From: Anaerolineaceae bacterium
GTDB lineage: Bacteria > Chloroflexota > Anaerolineae > Anaerolineales > UBA11657
Assembly (NCBI GenBank): GCA_003569365.1
Contig: BGOS01000003.1
Span: 64,315-128,314 of the forward strand
Reading direction: 5' to 3'
DNA: 64,000 bases
Shown here in pieces: positions 47,735 through 58,330 of the stretch (position 1 is the first letter of the stretch; every line of letters begins with the position of its first letter). The position numbers and the translations under genes are program-made. The notes below the pieces were generated by a model. It was not told where the DNA came from. It ran no database searches and worked only from the letters and a program-made list of their open reading frames with translations.

Positions 47735-48991
47735 TCAGCCCACTACATCCAGGCTTGCGCCGGGCGCGGTTCCAACGAGGTTGCTGAAAAACTCCACGAG
47801 TGTTTGCTCGGGTGGAATTTTGAATTGGCGCGGTGCGGGCAGGGGTGCAGCCAGAAATGCGTTGACAATTGTTTTGGAGAGCGCTTGGTGCTCAGCATCG
47901 GTTGGTATCGCAAGGAATACAGCCAGCCCATCAAAGTGGCAGGCCCATTCGGGCAGAAATCCTTCCGGCCCCGCGACGCCCACTGCCTGGCATTGTGCAT
48001 GGGAAAGCGCCTGTGCCGTGAGCGGGTCGGCGCAGATCAAGAGCGGGGTGTTCAATTCATGCGCCCGCAGGATGGCGCGCATGTTGTAAAGGCATGGCGT
48101 GGGCGCCGACAAATACTCCACAATTGGTTCGGGGGCGTTGCTCTGGTTGTCCATGCCAAGTACATGCACTGGCATCAAGTCGTCGTCGGTTGGCAGCCAG
48201 AACGGCAGCAGCAGCCGGTGCTGCGCAAAGCGCAGGGCTCCACGTTCATCCAGTAAACCAAGTTCATCCAGCGTTTTAGAGCCAAACATGCGGCGCATTT
48301 CTTTGTCGGCTGTGGCCCATTCTTCAAGGTAGTGAACGCCAAAGTCCTTTTGGGTCACAAGCGGCACGCCGTGCTGTGTGCTGAGCCAGAACGAGCCTTC
48401 AGTTGCGGGTTGGTCTGCGGACGCGGTGGGTTCTGCATGGCTTAGCAATGCTTCGAAGACTTTGGTGCGCAACTCGGCATCCGGCATGGCAGTGTGTGCC
48501 AAATCGTCTATGGCTTGGGGTGATAAATGTTGGGTGCCGGAAAGGTGCGGGTGGTAGCCGAGGGCCAGCAGCGCAAATGACATTGTCTCCGGGCGGAACA
48601 AGTCCGGCCGAAAGTTGGTGTCAAGCAAGTCGCTCGCTAGTTGGCGGAATTGGGATCCGGGCTTGCTCTTGGGAAGCAAAGCTGCGAGCCATTCATCCTT
48701 TTTGAGGCGCAGTAGATCTTCAGCGGTTTCTGCCAGCAGGGTCAAGCGCAGCACCGCTGATTCGAGCGCGTTGCCGCGCAGCAAGTTGGCCGGGTTTGGC
48801 AGCGGGGCGGGCGCTTGTTGTTGCGTTGTGCCGGTGGCGGATTTAGGTTCGCTGCCAGCTATGACGCGCGCTATCGCCTTCACAGCGCCCAACTGGCTCG
48901 GGTTTGCGCTTTCGTTCTCAGTCAGCGCGGCCTTAGTGGTTGTGGCAGCCGGGCTGCTTGGGCGGGCGCGGACGGCGTCAATCTCGGCCAT
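47735..48991 (-). CDS. hypothetical protein; C-terminal half resembles a degenerate DnaG-type primase core/Toprim region
   Basis: 418 aa. The N-terminus is disordered. LRFAQHRLLLPFW...VHVLGM, EYLSAPTPCLYNM and LLICADPLTAQAL...FLAIPTDAEHQ are reminiscent of DnaG motifs, but the acidic catalytic residues are not conserved. Confidence 0.4.
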   Translation of the reverse strand: MAEIDAVRARPSSPAATTTKAALTENESANPSQLGAVKAIARVIAGSEPKSATGTTQQQAPAPLPNPANLLRGNALESAVLRLTLLAETAEDLLRLKKDEWLAALLPKSKPGSQFRQLASDLLDTNFRPDLFRPETMSFALLALGYHPHLSGTQHLSPQAIDDLAHTAMPDAELRTKVFEALLSHAEPTASADQPATEGSFWLSTQHGVPLVTQKDFGVHYLEEWATADKEMRRMFGSKTLDELGLLDERGALRFAQHRLLLPFWLPTDDDLMPVHVLGMDNQSNAPEPIVEYLSAPTPCLYNMRAILRAHELNTPLLICADPLTAQALSHAQCQAVGVAGPEGFLPEWACHFDGLAVFLAIPTDAEHQALSKTIVNAFLAAPLPAPRQFKIPPEQTLVEFFSNLVGTAPGASLDVVG

Positions 48992-49027
48992 GGTTCATTG
49001 CTCTACGATGGTTTCGGCAGTGTAGCA

Positions 49028-49531
49028 CTATGTTGCGGGCAGGCGCTTGGAATTACGCTGATTTTTACGGGCCGTGATTGGCGGAGCCAGCGCGGCAACT
49101 ATTTGATCTTGCACGGCCCACATTGCGCTGCGTTCGGCTTTGGTTGCATGGTCGTAGCCAAGCAGATGCAGGGTGCCATGGATCGTCAGCAGCTGCAACT
49201 CGGCAAGCACCGTGCGGTTGTGGACCACAGCTTGGTTTGCGGCTTTTTCCACCGAGATCACGATGTCGCCCAGGTACCCATCCACCGCTGCTGATTCGGC
49301 CGGAAATGACAGCACGTCCGTTGGCACGTTTAGCTTTGCAAATTTGAAATTGAATGCCTGCATCTGGGCGTTGGTGCCCAGCATGACAGAAAGATGTTTG
49401 GTGGACGGGGTGGCATGTTTGCGCAAGGTGAGGCGCACAGCCGCAGCAAGTGCGGTGCGCAAAGCCGGGCGCGCTAGAGGCAGGCTTACCCCGGCTAAAA
49501 AGCCAATCTGCACACGGTGGGGCGCAGCCAT
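49028..49531 (-). CDS. ybeY: rRNA maturation endoribonuclease YbeY
   Basis: Has the HGTLHLLGYDH metal site. Preferred start is the Met at residue 18 of the tracked ORF (49582). Confidence 0.85.
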   Translation of the reverse strand: MAAPHRVQIGFLAGVSLPLARPALRTALAAAVRLTLRKHATPSTKHLSVMLGTNAQMQAFNFKFAKLNVPTDVLSFPAESAAVDGYLGDIVISVEKAANQAVVHNRTVLAELQLLTIHGTLHLLGYDHATKAERSAMWAVQDQIVAALAPPITARKNQRNSKRLPAT

Positions 49532-49535
49532 TGTG

Positions 49536-51695
49536 CTAGCTTGAGGGCGCAGCAGAAAGCGCAGCATTGGTCTGGGCGTCACCGTCCGGTGGCGCCTGCC
49601 ATTCGGGGTACTTTAGCCGGCTGTGAAAAAAGCCCTGGAGCGTTTTTACAAACGACAGCCGCACCGCTTCCAGGTCTGCCAGCGTTAGATGCGCTTCGAT
49701 GAGCTGGCGCTGCTGCAGGCGCGCGGAGATGATCGAGCCCACCAATTTATCGATGGCATCGGCAGTGGCGGGCAGCTCCGCGCGGGACTTGGCCTCACAG
49801 CCGTCGGCAAGCAGCAGCAGTGCTGTTTCGCGCGACTGCGGCTTTGGGCCGGGATAGCAGTAGTCTTCAATGGGCACTGTTGCGCCGGTGTTGGCGCCTT
49901 CCTGCACGGCGCGCTGGTATTGAAACTGAGTGACGATGGTGCCGTGATGTTCGGTGATTGCCGCCCGGATTACCTGTGGCAGCCGGTACTTGCGCGCCAG
50001 TTCTTCGCCAGCCCGCACATGGTCAATAATGATGCGCGCGCTGGTGTACGGGTCCAGGCTGTCATGCGGGTTCACGGTTTCGATCTGGTTCTCAATAAAG
50101 TATTCCGGCCGCACGGATTTGCCAATGTCATGGAACATGGCGCCGACGCGCACGAGCAGCGCGTTGGCGCCAATCTGCTGCGCCGCGTGCTCGGCAAGAT
50201 TGGAAACCTGCAGGCTGTGCTGATAGCTGCCCGGTGCAGCGCGCAGCAGCTGCAACAAAAGCGGGTGATCCGGCCGCGAAAGCTCCACCAGTTGCAGCGT
50301 GGTGGTGATGTCAAACACGTAACTGAGCAGGAACAGCCCCAGCAGCGTGACTGACGCCGTGACCAATCCGTTTGCGAGGCCGGCGCTGAGAAGTTGGAGG
50401 ATGCCCTGCCAGTCCAGCACCGGATCTGCTATGTGCAGCGTTAGCAGCAGGGCGGTGTTACCGGCGGCAAGCGCAACACCAGACCAGAAGTAAGCATTGA
50501 CCCGCTCTGCGCGGCCAACAGCCAGAATCGCAAGCATGGAGCCAGCCAGGTGAAACAGCGTCACATCCATGCGGCCATCCGCCACCAGGCTGAGCAACAT
50601 GCAGAAAAGTACGCTGGTGAACAGTCCTAATTGCGGCTGCAGTGCCACTGCGATCAGCAATCCCAGCGCCGCGCCCGGGAATAAGAATGGCAACAGCACG
50701 CGCTGGGTTACCAGTACCTTCGCTCCGAGCAGAAACAGATGCACCAAAAATATTATGAACAAAAGGTGGCGGGTATTGGTAATGTATTCGGGCAGCTGCG
50801 TGCGCACATAAAGTGCGAACAGCACAGTAACGAGCACCACAATCAGCGTCGGCGGAAGCAGCAGCTTGAGCCAGTTGGTGGATCCGCGCAGCAAGCCTAG
50901 CTGCGTAAGTGCCTCCAAATCCTCAGGGCGGACGATGCTGCCGCGGCGCAGTACTGTTTGCCCTGCCAGAAAGTTTTGGTTTACCGACAATGTGGCATCT
51001 AGCGCCGCCTGGCGGGCTAGCTTTGTGGCGGGCTCATTGTAGAGCGAGTTGGGCACAATCCATTCGGCGGCAAGGGTGGCTGCAATTCGTCCTTCGGCAG
51101 GGCTCAGAAGCATGCTGGTGCGGTCTGCAGCTGCGGCGCGGGCGGCGGCCAGCGCATTGGCGCGGACTGGGTCGCGCAGTGTGGTTTCGAGCACGCGCAG
51201 CGTGTCCGTAGCAACTGCTTGCCAGCGCGCTTCGGTAAGCTCCAGAATTATTTGGGCTGCAGCTGCGTCGAGGTTGGCGCCGGATGTCAGCTGCAAGTTT
51301 GTTAGCTTCTGTGGCGCTTGCAAGCTGGCATCGGATCGCAGCGCGGTAATGGAGGCAAGCGCAGCCTGGGCAGCGGCAAGCTGGGTTCGGGCAATGCGCC
51401 CGTCGGGCGGATCAAAGATTGGTGCGACTGCAGCGAGCGCGCTTTGCTGTTGCGCCGTGGTTTGGATGGAACTTATGTAAGTGATAGAGCGCGGGGCACT
51501 GATGTCTGCGGGGGCGACATCGCCAATATTCAGGTTGTAGGTAGGCTGTGCTTCGCGGCCCAATGGGGAAACCAGAATTGCCAGCGCCACGCTGGCGAAG
51601 AGTGCGGCGAGCAGGCCGTGGCGGGCGGCGGCCCAGAAGGGCACCGCAGGCGTGGCGCGGCTGCTTGTGCCGGAAGTTAGCGGAGGATTGTCCAC
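49536..51695 (-). CDS. 7TM-HD membrane phosphohydrolase (PgpH/YqfF family)
   Basis: 719 aa. An extracellular N-domain and 7 TM helices are followed by an HD domain (HSLQVSNLAE..., MFHDIGK). Confidence 0.85.
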   Translation of the reverse strand: MDNPPLTSGTSSRATPAVPFWAAARHGLLAALFASVALAILVSPLGREAQPTYNLNIGDVAPADISAPRSITYISSIQTTAQQQSALAAVAPIFDPPDGRIARTQLAAAQAALASITALRSDASLQAPQKLTNLQLTSGANLDAAAAQIILELTEARWQAVATDTLRVLETTLRDPVRANALAAARAAAADRTSMLLSPAEGRIAATLAAEWIVPNSLYNEPATKLARQAALDATLSVNQNFLAGQTVLRRGSIVRPEDLEALTQLGLLRGSTNWLKLLLPPTLIVVLVTVLFALYVRTQLPEYITNTRHLLFIIFLVHLFLLGAKVLVTQRVLLPFLFPGAALGLLIAVALQPQLGLFTSVLFCMLLSLVADGRMDVTLFHLAGSMLAILAVGRAERVNAYFWSGVALAAGNTALLLTLHIADPVLDWQGILQLLSAGLANGLVTASVTLLGLFLLSYVFDITTTLQLVELSRPDHPLLLQLLRAAPGSYQHSLQVSNLAEHAAQQIGANALLVRVGAMFHDIGKSVRPEYFIENQIETVNPHDSLDPYTSARIIIDHVRAGEELARKYRLPQVIRAAITEHHGTIVTQFQYQRAVQEGANTGATVPIEDYCYPGPKPQSRETALLLLADGCEAKSRAELPATADAIDKLVGSIISARLQQRQLIEAHLTLADLEAVRLSFVKTLQGFFHSRLKYPEWQAPPDGDAQTNAALSAAPSS

Positions 51696-51738
51696 GGTGC
51701 GGGGTGGAGGTGCGGGCTGCGCTGCGGCGCAGGGTAGG

Positions 51739-52185
51739 TTATGGAAGCAGTTCCGAGACGATGCTGCTGACCAGTTTGGCGTCTGCCCGCCCCTGAACCT
51801 GCGGCAGCAATACCTTCATCACGGCGCCCATTTGGCGTTTACCCGCTGCTCCCGTTTGAGCAATGGCGGCTACTACCAGCGCAGCAATTTGGTCGCGGTC
51901 TAACTGCGCGGGCAGAAATTCCTGCAAGATCGCCATGCGGGCATGCGCCTGCGCCAGAAGCAATGGCCGGTTTGCTTTTTCAGCATCCGCTGCGGTTTCC
52001 TGCAGGGCCTTAATTTCCTTCTGGAAAATCTGCAAGATATCGCCTTCTGTGATCGTTGCGCGGGTGTCTACTTCAATTTGTTTGATTGCAGCTTGCACGA
52101 GGCGCAGTGTTTGCTTGCGCTCTTCATTAGCGGCGCGCAGAGCGGCCGTCACCGCGTTGTCAAGATTTTCGCGAAGAGTTGTCAT
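51739..52185 (-). CDS. GatB/YqeY domain protein
   Basis: 148 aa, with typical YqeY sequence (LRAANEERKQTLRLVQAAIKQIEVD). Confidence 0.85.
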   Translation of the reverse strand: MTTLRENLDNAVTAALRAANEERKQTLRLVQAAIKQIEVDTRATITEGDILQIFQKEIKALQETAADAEKANRPLLLAQAHARMAILQEFLPAQLDRDQIAALVVAAIAQTGAAGKRQMGAVMKVLLPQVQGRADAKLVSSIVSELLP

Positions 52186-52313
52186 CAGTGCGCCCGAGAA
52201 ATGGCCAGCTTGCTGGATTTTAGCATACGGTCACGATACAAAGGTAGCGTTGTGTTAACGCGCTGGTATACTCCGAATTCAGTAGAAGGGCTGCGAATTT
52301 TGGAGAACAAGTT

Positions 52314-53108
52314 GTGCATATTGTCGCTTGTGTAAAGCAAACCCCGGATAGCGCCGCACTAATTACGGTGGCAGACGGGCGCGTGGGCTGGGGTGATGCC
52401 GCAATGGTTGTGAATCCGTGGGATGAGTACGCCATTGAGGAGGCTATTCGCCTCAAGGAAAAGCACGGCGGGCGCGCCACGGCGATTACGATGGGACCAG
52501 AACGCGCGCGAGACGCTTTAAAGAGCTGCATCGCGATGGGTTGTGATGGCGGCGTTTTGGTGGCGGATGCGGCGCTGGCGGGTTCGGACGCGCGAGCGAC
52601 TGCCCGCGTGCTGGCTGCTGCCATCCAGAAGCTGGGCGATGTTGATGTTGTAATTTTTGGCAAGCAGGCGATTGACGGCGACTCAGGGATTGTGCCGCTG
52701 GCGGTGGCGCGCCTGCTCGGCTGGTCGCCGCTAAGCTATGTGCTCCAAATCTCCGCGCTGGATGCAGGCGCGCGCACGATTGAGGTGGCGCGGCTGTTGG
52801 AGGAGGGGCGCCAATTGTGCAGCGCACAGCTGCCGGTGGTAATAAGCGTTGTGAGGGACATCAACGAGCCGCGCTACCCGACCTTTGCCGGGATCCGGCG
52901 GGCTGGCACGGCGCAAATCCCCATTTGGAACTTGGGCGACCTGGGCCTTGATGAGCTGCAGGTTGGGGCGGCCGCGGTTACTGTTGCGTGGCAAGCGGTG
53001 CGGGCACCCGCATCGCGCGCCGGCGCGGTGGAGATTTTAGCGGGCGACTCCGTGGCGGCCACAGTGTCTATGCTTGCTGACCGGCTGCAGGCGGAGAAAT
53101 TGACGTGA
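52314..53108 (+). CDS. etfB: electron transfer flavoprotein beta subunit
   Basis: 264 aa. Begins HIVACVKQTPD...NPWDEYAIEEAIRLKE. Confidence 0.9.
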   Translation: MHIVACVKQTPDSAALITVADGRVGWGDAAMVVNPWDEYAIEEAIRLKEKHGGRATAITMGPERARDALKSCIAMGCDGGVLVADAALAGSDARATARVLAAAIQKLGDVDVVIFGKQAIDGDSGIVPLAVARLLGWSPLSYVLQISALDAGARTIEVARLLEEGRQLCSAQLPVVISVVRDINEPRYPTFAGIRRAGTAQIPIWNLGDLGLDELQVGAAAVTVAWQAVRAPASRAGAVEILAGDSVAATVSMLADRLQAEKLT

Positions 53109-54097
53109 CGCAGCAGGACATCTGGGTTTACATCGATCAGCACCAAGGTGCGGCAATGTCCGCAAGTTGGGAGACGTTGGGCGCTGCTTGTGAGCTGAGC
53201 ACTCTCCTGCAGGCTGAAGTTACGGCACTTGTCTTTGGGGTTAACGCAGAGGCTATTGCGCGCGAGGCGCTGGCGTACGGTGCCAGCGCGGCAATCTGCT
53301 GTGACGATGCGACGCTGGCGGATTTTCGGGTTGAGCCATTTGCATCGTTGTTGGCATCACTGGTGGCTGCGCGGCAGCCGCGCGCGGTTATTGCGCCGGC
53401 AACAGCGCGCGTACGAGAGCTGATTGCGACGGCTGCGATTGACGCCGGTACCACCGTGATGGCCGATGCCATCGGACTTGAAGTGCAGGGCGATGCAGTA
53501 CAAGTAACGCGGCCGGTGTATGCGGGCAAGCTGCTTTGCACGGTCAGTGGTGTCGGGGCGCAGCCGTTGTTTATTACGCTGCGGCCGCGCGCATTTCCAA
53601 AACCGGCAGTTCAGGTTGCGCAGTTCCCGGATGCGATTGAGCATGTGCAGGCTGTAATTGCCGAGGATGCGCTGCGCGTGAAAGTTACCGGTTACGACAC
53701 AGTGGCCGGCCAGGTGAGCCTGACGGATGCGAGCATCATTGTTTCGGGCGGGCGTGGCGTGGGTGGTCCGGATGGTTTTGCGCCGGTGCGCGAGTTGGCC
53801 ACGGTGTTAGGCGGAGCGATGGGCGCATCGCGTGCGGCGGTTGATGCCGGCTGGGTGCCGTACGCCCATCAGGTGGGGCAGACGGGAAAGACAGTGGCGC
53901 CGGATCTGTACGTTGCCTGCGGTATTTCAGGCGCAATCCAGCATCAAGCCGGGATGCGCACGTCCAAGATAATTGTGGCAATTAACAAAGACCGTGAGGC
54001 ACCGATCTTTAGTCTTGCAAAGTATGGAGTGGTGGGGGACTTGTTCGAAGTGCTTCCGGCACTTAGTACTGAAATGCGTAAACGACTCGGTCGCTAG
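53105..54097 (+). CDS. etfA: electron transfer flavoprotein alpha subunit
   Basis: 330 aa. FAD-binding C-terminus GASRAAVDAGWVPYAHQVGQTGKTVAPDLYVACGISGAIQH; overlaps etfB by 4 nt. Confidence 0.9.
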   Translation: MTQQDIWVYIDQHQGAAMSASWETLGAACELSTLLQAEVTALVFGVNAEAIAREALAYGASAAICCDDATLADFRVEPFASLLASLVAARQPRAVIAPATARVRELIATAAIDAGTTVMADAIGLEVQGDAVQVTRPVYAGKLLCTVSGVGAQPLFITLRPRAFPKPAVQVAQFPDAIEHVQAVIAEDALRVKVTGYDTVAGQVSLTDASIIVSGGRGVGGPDGFAPVRELATVLGGAMGASRAAVDAGWVPYAHQVGQTGKTVAPDLYVACGISGAIQHQAGMRTSKIIVAINKDREAPIFSLAKYGVVGDLFEVLPALSTEMRKRLGR

Positions 54098-54115
54098 ATA
54101 CCTCATCGCTAACAT

Positions 54116-54145
54116 AAAAGAGCCGCGCATTTGCGCGGCTCTTTT
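54116..54145. terminator. bidirectional rho-independent terminator between etfA and ftsH
   Basis: AAAAGAGCCGCGC-ATTT-GCGCGGCTCTTTT with flanking A and T runs. Confidence 0.7.
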
Positions 54146-54168
54146 ATTTTGGAATACTTTGTTGGCGC

Positions 54169-56124
54169 TTAGGCGCCGGCAGGTAACGGCATCGGGCTGG
54201 CACCCGTAGCCGGCCGGGTATTTGGCGTTTCTGCGGGCGGTGCAACCGGCGGTACTTCTGGCGGCTTGGCTTCCACCACGCGCACCGGGATCGGTTCTCC
54301 CTTCCACAGTGCTTCAAACTGGTCCATCTCAAGCGTCTCGTTTTCCAGCAAGTAGTTGGCTGTTTCGTCCAGCTTCACGCGCCACTTTTCCACCATCGCT
54401 TTGGCAGTATCATGCGCTTCTGTTACAAGGCGGCGTACTTCTGCGTCAATCTCGTGCGCCACGTTTTCAGAGAAGTCGCGCTGCTCGCTTATCTCGCGCC
54501 CCAAAAAGACAAGCTCGTCTTTGCGGCCGTAAGCTATCGGGCCCAGTTTTGGACTCATGCCCCAGCGCATTACCATGCGGCGCGCAATGCTGGTTACCTG
54601 CTCCAAGTCGTTAGATGCGCCGGTTGTAATCTCATCTTCAGAGTAAATCAGTTCCTCGGCAGCCCGGCCGCCGAGCGCCGAAGCCAGCTTGGACTTCAGC
54701 CACGCACGCGTTGCGAGGCGCTGGTCTTCATCCTCAGTCAAGTACCATGTTAGGCCACCCGCCATTCCGCGCGGGATGATTGTGATCTTCCGCACCGGGT
54801 CGCCGTGCGGCAGTGCCTGGGAGACAATGGCATGGCCGGCTTCATGATAGGCGGTGACTTTGCGCTCACGCGGGCTGATGATGCGGCTCTTGCGCTCCGG
54901 TCCCAGTACCACGCGCTCAATCGCTTCGTCAAAGTCTGCCATGGTGACGGACTTTTGCCCTTTGCGGGCTGCCAGAATTGCAGCTTCATTGACAGTGTTT
55001 TCAATATCTGCGCCCACCAAGCCCGGTGTCGCTTTGGCTAGCAACGGCAGATTTACATCTGGCGCAAGCGGCTTGCCCTTGACGTGAACTTTGAAAATCG
55101 CTTCACGGCCTTTGATGTCCGGGCGGTCAATCACCACGCGACGGTCAAAGCGGCCGGGGCGCAGCAAAGCTGGATCTAGGATGTCGGGGCGGTTTGTTGC
55201 CGCAACCACAATTACATGTGTGTCGGTGTCAAATCCGTCCATCTCCACCAGAATTTGGTTGAGTGTTTGCTCGCGTTCGTCGTGGCTGCCACCCAGTCCT
55301 GCGCCGCGCTGGCGCCCTACGGCATCAATCTCGTCAACGAAGATGATGCAGGGGCTTTGGCGCTTGGCCTGTTCAAACAAATCGCGCACACGGCTGGCAC
55401 CGACGCCCACAAACATCTCTACAAATTCCGAGCCGGAGATCGAGTAGAACGGAACACCGGCTTCGCCGGCGCAAGCTTTTGCAAGCAGCGTCTTTCCGGT
55501 TCCTGGAGGGCCCACCAATAGCACACCCTTGGGAATTCTGGCGCCGAGCCCCACAAATTTTTCCGGTTCTTTCAGGAACTCTACGACTTCCTGCAATTCT
55601 GCTTTTGATTCATCCACGCCCGCAACATCATCGAACGTTATAGCTGGTTGGTCGCTGTTGAAGACGCGGGCGCGGCTCTTGCCAAACTGCATGGCTTGAT
55701 TGTTCGTACCCTGCGCCTGGCGCATCATGAAATAAATGAATCCCACAACAAAGACGGCCGGCAGGCTATAGCTGAGCAGGGCCATAATGTTGCCCCAGTC
55801 GCTGGGGCGCTGCACGTCCCACTTGATGCGCGCCAGGCTTTCTTGCGGAACGCCCAAAGACACCAGCTGTTCAGCGGCGGTCGACTTGCCTTCTACGCGT
55901 GCTACCGCAATGCTATGCGATGATGACGGCATAAAGTAAACCGTTAGGTTTTCCTCCGCTACCGCAATTTTTTCAACTTCATTGCGAACAATTGCATCCC
56001 GGATTTCGCCCAGTGAGAGGACTTCTTTGGCGGGAGTTTGGGCACGAACCGAGTATAGGATGGCCGCGAGCGCCAAAAAGATCAGCACGTAAACGAAAGC
56101 GTTGCGAATTTTAGGGTTATTCAC
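54169..56124 (-). CDS. ftsH: ATP-dependent zinc metalloprotease FtsH
   Basis: 651 aa. Walker A GPPGTGKT, an SRH region, and HEAGH zinc site. Confidence 0.95.
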   Translation of the reverse strand: MNNPKIRNAFVYVLIFLALAAILYSVRAQTPAKEVLSLGEIRDAIVRNEVEKIAVAEENLTVYFMPSSSHSIAVARVEGKSTAAEQLVSLGVPQESLARIKWDVQRPSDWGNIMALLSYSLPAVFVVGFIYFMMRQAQGTNNQAMQFGKSRARVFNSDQPAITFDDVAGVDESKAELQEVVEFLKEPEKFVGLGARIPKGVLLVGPPGTGKTLLAKACAGEAGVPFYSISGSEFVEMFVGVGASRVRDLFEQAKRQSPCIIFVDEIDAVGRQRGAGLGGSHDEREQTLNQILVEMDGFDTDTHVIVVAATNRPDILDPALLRPGRFDRRVVIDRPDIKGREAIFKVHVKGKPLAPDVNLPLLAKATPGLVGADIENTVNEAAILAARKGQKSVTMADFDEAIERVVLGPERKSRIISPRERKVTAYHEAGHAIVSQALPHGDPVRKITIIPRGMAGGLTWYLTEDEDQRLATRAWLKSKLASALGGRAAEELIYSEDEITTGASNDLEQVTSIARRMVMRWGMSPKLGPIAYGRKDELVFLGREISEQRDFSENVAHEIDAEVRRLVTEAHDTAKAMVEKWRVKLDETANYLLENETLEMDQFEALWKGEPIPVRVVEAKPPEVPPVAPPAETPNTRPATGASPMPLPAGA

Positions 56125-56296
56125 CAGCAGGCTCCATTTTGTTCAGGGCGACAATATTTTGGCGCATATGTTCCGCGAGTATACCAGCGCGTTCAAAATC
56201 GGCAGTTAGATTATCGTTAGAGAATTTGATTGGGCTGTACAGGTGGGGTCGCGTACGCGGTGTTATACTGGGAGCAGCAAGCGGAGGCTATGGGCT

Positions 56297-56521
56297 GTGG
56301 CTTTTTATGTAAATCTTATTCAAATTGTGGTTTCGATTGCTCTCATTGCCGCAATTGTGCTGCAGAGCAAAGGGGCTGGTTTGGGCGGTATCAGCGGCAG
56401 CAGTGAGGGCGGTGTCTTTCGAGCGCGGCGCGGCGTTGAGAAATTGCTCTTCAATTTTACGATTGTTTTGTCTGTTTTATTCTTCGCTACTGCCATCGTG
56501 AACGTTGTCATAAGCGGCTAA
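56297..56521 (+). CDS. secG: preprotein translocase subunit SecG
   Basis: GTG start 9 nt after a GGAGG. Sequence VAFYVNLIQIVVSIALIAAIVLQSKGAGLGGISG, with a second TM helix at the C-terminus. Confidence 0.8.
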   Translation: MAFYVNLIQIVVSIALIAAIVLQSKGAGLGGISGSSEGGVFRARRGVEKLLFNFTIVLSVLFFATAIVNVVISG

Positions 56522-56588
56522 GCCCGCTGTTCTGGCGCCCGGTTGGGGTGCGCCAGCCGCCACCATAGGTGTTTCGCTACTCCCTGCA

Positions 56589-58283
56589 ATGCGCGTAATC
56601 GGCTGGCAGCTCCTGATTGCCGCCACTGGTTTGGGTGTGGTGGGCGCACTATTATTCGCTCAATCATCGGGTTTAGAAGTTACTTATTCGCCAGCCAATG
56701 GCGGGGTTTATGTTGAGGCGGTGGTTGGGCAGCCAACGTTCTTAAATCCGCTGCTGCGGTCGCAGACTCCGCCTGATCGCGATCTTGCGGCACTTACTCA
56801 GGCGGGCCTTATGCGGCTGGATGCAAGCGGGCTGCCAGTGCCCGATCTGGCAGCGACTTGGGCGGTGAGTGCAGATGGCCTGTCTTATACATTTGTTTTG
56901 CGCCAAGGCCTGCGGTGGTCTGACGGGCTCCCCCTCACACTAGATGATGTTCTGTTCTCGGTTGAGCTTTTGCAGGCGCCGGACTTTCCGGGCGCGCCGG
57001 ATTTGTCGGCGCTATGGAGCAAGGTGGTCGTGGCCAAGCTGAATGCAAATACGCTGAAGCTGACGCTGCCAGAAGCAAATGCACCGTTTTTGGAACAACT
57101 TGTTTTTTATGTGCAACCCGCACATGTGTTTGCGCCCGCGGTTGCCAGTCAGTTGGGGCGCCATCCAGCTAACGCGCGGCTGGTGGGTGCCGGCCCTTTT
57201 CTGCTAAAGGAGTTAATTTCGAATTCTGATGGCACGCTGCAGGAAGCGGTGCTCACTCCAAATCTCAATCACTATGGTCCGGCGCCGATGTTGGAAAGTG
57301 TGCGTCTGCGGTTTGTGCCGGATGAAGCGGCAGCGCTGAGTGCGCTGCGGGATGGCGCGGTAATGGGCGTTGGTGGCGCACCGTCTGCTGCGGTAGCCGC
57401 TATGTTGGCGGATCCAACAATTCAAGTTTATTCCGCCCCCGTCCCAAAATTCGGCGTGATTTTTTTGAACCAGCGCAATGCGGCGGTTGAATTCTTTGGG
57501 GAGAAGAAAGTTCGGCAAGCCTTGCTGCTGGGTTTGAACCGGCAAGGGTTTGTGGACCAAACGTTGCAGGGGCAGGGCATTGTGGCGCGCGGACCCGTGT
57601 CTGAGGGTACGTGGGCGTACAAGGCTGACTTACAGACAGCTGCATTTGAGCCGAAGCGGGCGGCGGAGCTGTTGGCGGTGGCAAATTGGCAATTGCCCGT
57701 GGATGCGCTGGCGGGTACTGATGGCTATACGCGCGAAAAGCAAACGAAGCGCTTGGCGTTTACCCTGACAGCGGCAGATGACGAGCTTGGCCGGACGCTG
57801 GGCAAGTTGGCCGTTGACAGTTGGAAGGAATTGGGCGTGCAAGCTGTTCTGCAGCTGGTGCCGGCTGCTGATCTTTACGGCAGCGTCTTGCCGGGGAGGC
57901 AGTTCGAGGCAGTGCTGGCGATGATCAGTTTGGAAAGCAGTGCTGATCCGGACCCGTACTTGTTCTGGCATCAGACAGAAATTGACACTGGCTTGAACTA
58001 CAGCGGCTATGAGAATCGCGCCATCAGTGAGCTCCTCGAACGCGCACGGGTCAGCCCATCAATTGCGGTGCGGGCCCGGCTCTACGATAGTTTTCAAGCG
58101 CGCTTTGCGGACGAAACGCCGGCCTTGATTTTGTTTCAGCCGGTGTACTCTTATGCCGTCAGCCGCCAGGTGCGCGGAGTTCAACTTGGTGTCTTGCTTG
58201 AGCCGAGTGACCGCTTTCAGTCTGTCAGTGATTGGTATATGGTGACGCGGCGCACGATCCGGCGCATTGCGAAGGTGCCGTAA
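56589..58283 (+). CDS. ABC transporter substrate-binding protein, family 5 (peptide/nickel, OppA/DppA-like), N-terminal TM anchor
   Basis: 564 aa with a family-5 SBP body. No cognate permease or ATPase genes are adjacent. Confidence 0.8.
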   Translation: MRVIGWQLLIAATGLGVVGALLFAQSSGLEVTYSPANGGVYVEAVVGQPTFLNPLLRSQTPPDRDLAALTQAGLMRLDASGLPVPDLAATWAVSADGLSYTFVLRQGLRWSDGLPLTLDDVLFSVELLQAPDFPGAPDLSALWSKVVVAKLNANTLKLTLPEANAPFLEQLVFYVQPAHVFAPAVASQLGRHPANARLVGAGPFLLKELISNSDGTLQEAVLTPNLNHYGPAPMLESVRLRFVPDEAAALSALRDGAVMGVGGAPSAAVAAMLADPTIQVYSAPVPKFGVIFLNQRNAAVEFFGEKKVRQALLLGLNRQGFVDQTLQGQGIVARGPVSEGTWAYKADLQTAAFEPKRAAELLAVANWQLPVDALAGTDGYTREKQTKRLAFTLTAADDELGRTLGKLAVDSWKELGVQAVLQLVPAADLYGSVLPGRQFEAVLAMISLESSADPDPYLFWHQTEIDTGLNYSGYENRAISELLERARVSPSIAVRARLYDSFQARFADETPALILFQPVYSYAVSRQVRGVQLGVLLEPSDRFQSVSDWYMVTRRTIRRIAKVP

Positions 58284-58330
58284 TCATTTGCAGGCAGCAG
58301 CTCTGCGGGCGGGCAGCTGCCGGTTTGCAG

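Noticed and set aside
49490-49625. While hand-translating the ybeY/pgpH junction, my reading of the printed bases disagreed with the ORF track by 1 nt. It showed an A-run near 49497-49501 that seemed one A short, and one extra C near 49620.
   Set aside because: The ORF track shows both genes intact with multiples of three. The two discrepancies cancel each other and fall at line breaks. I attribute them to my own reading error rather than to a biological frameshift.
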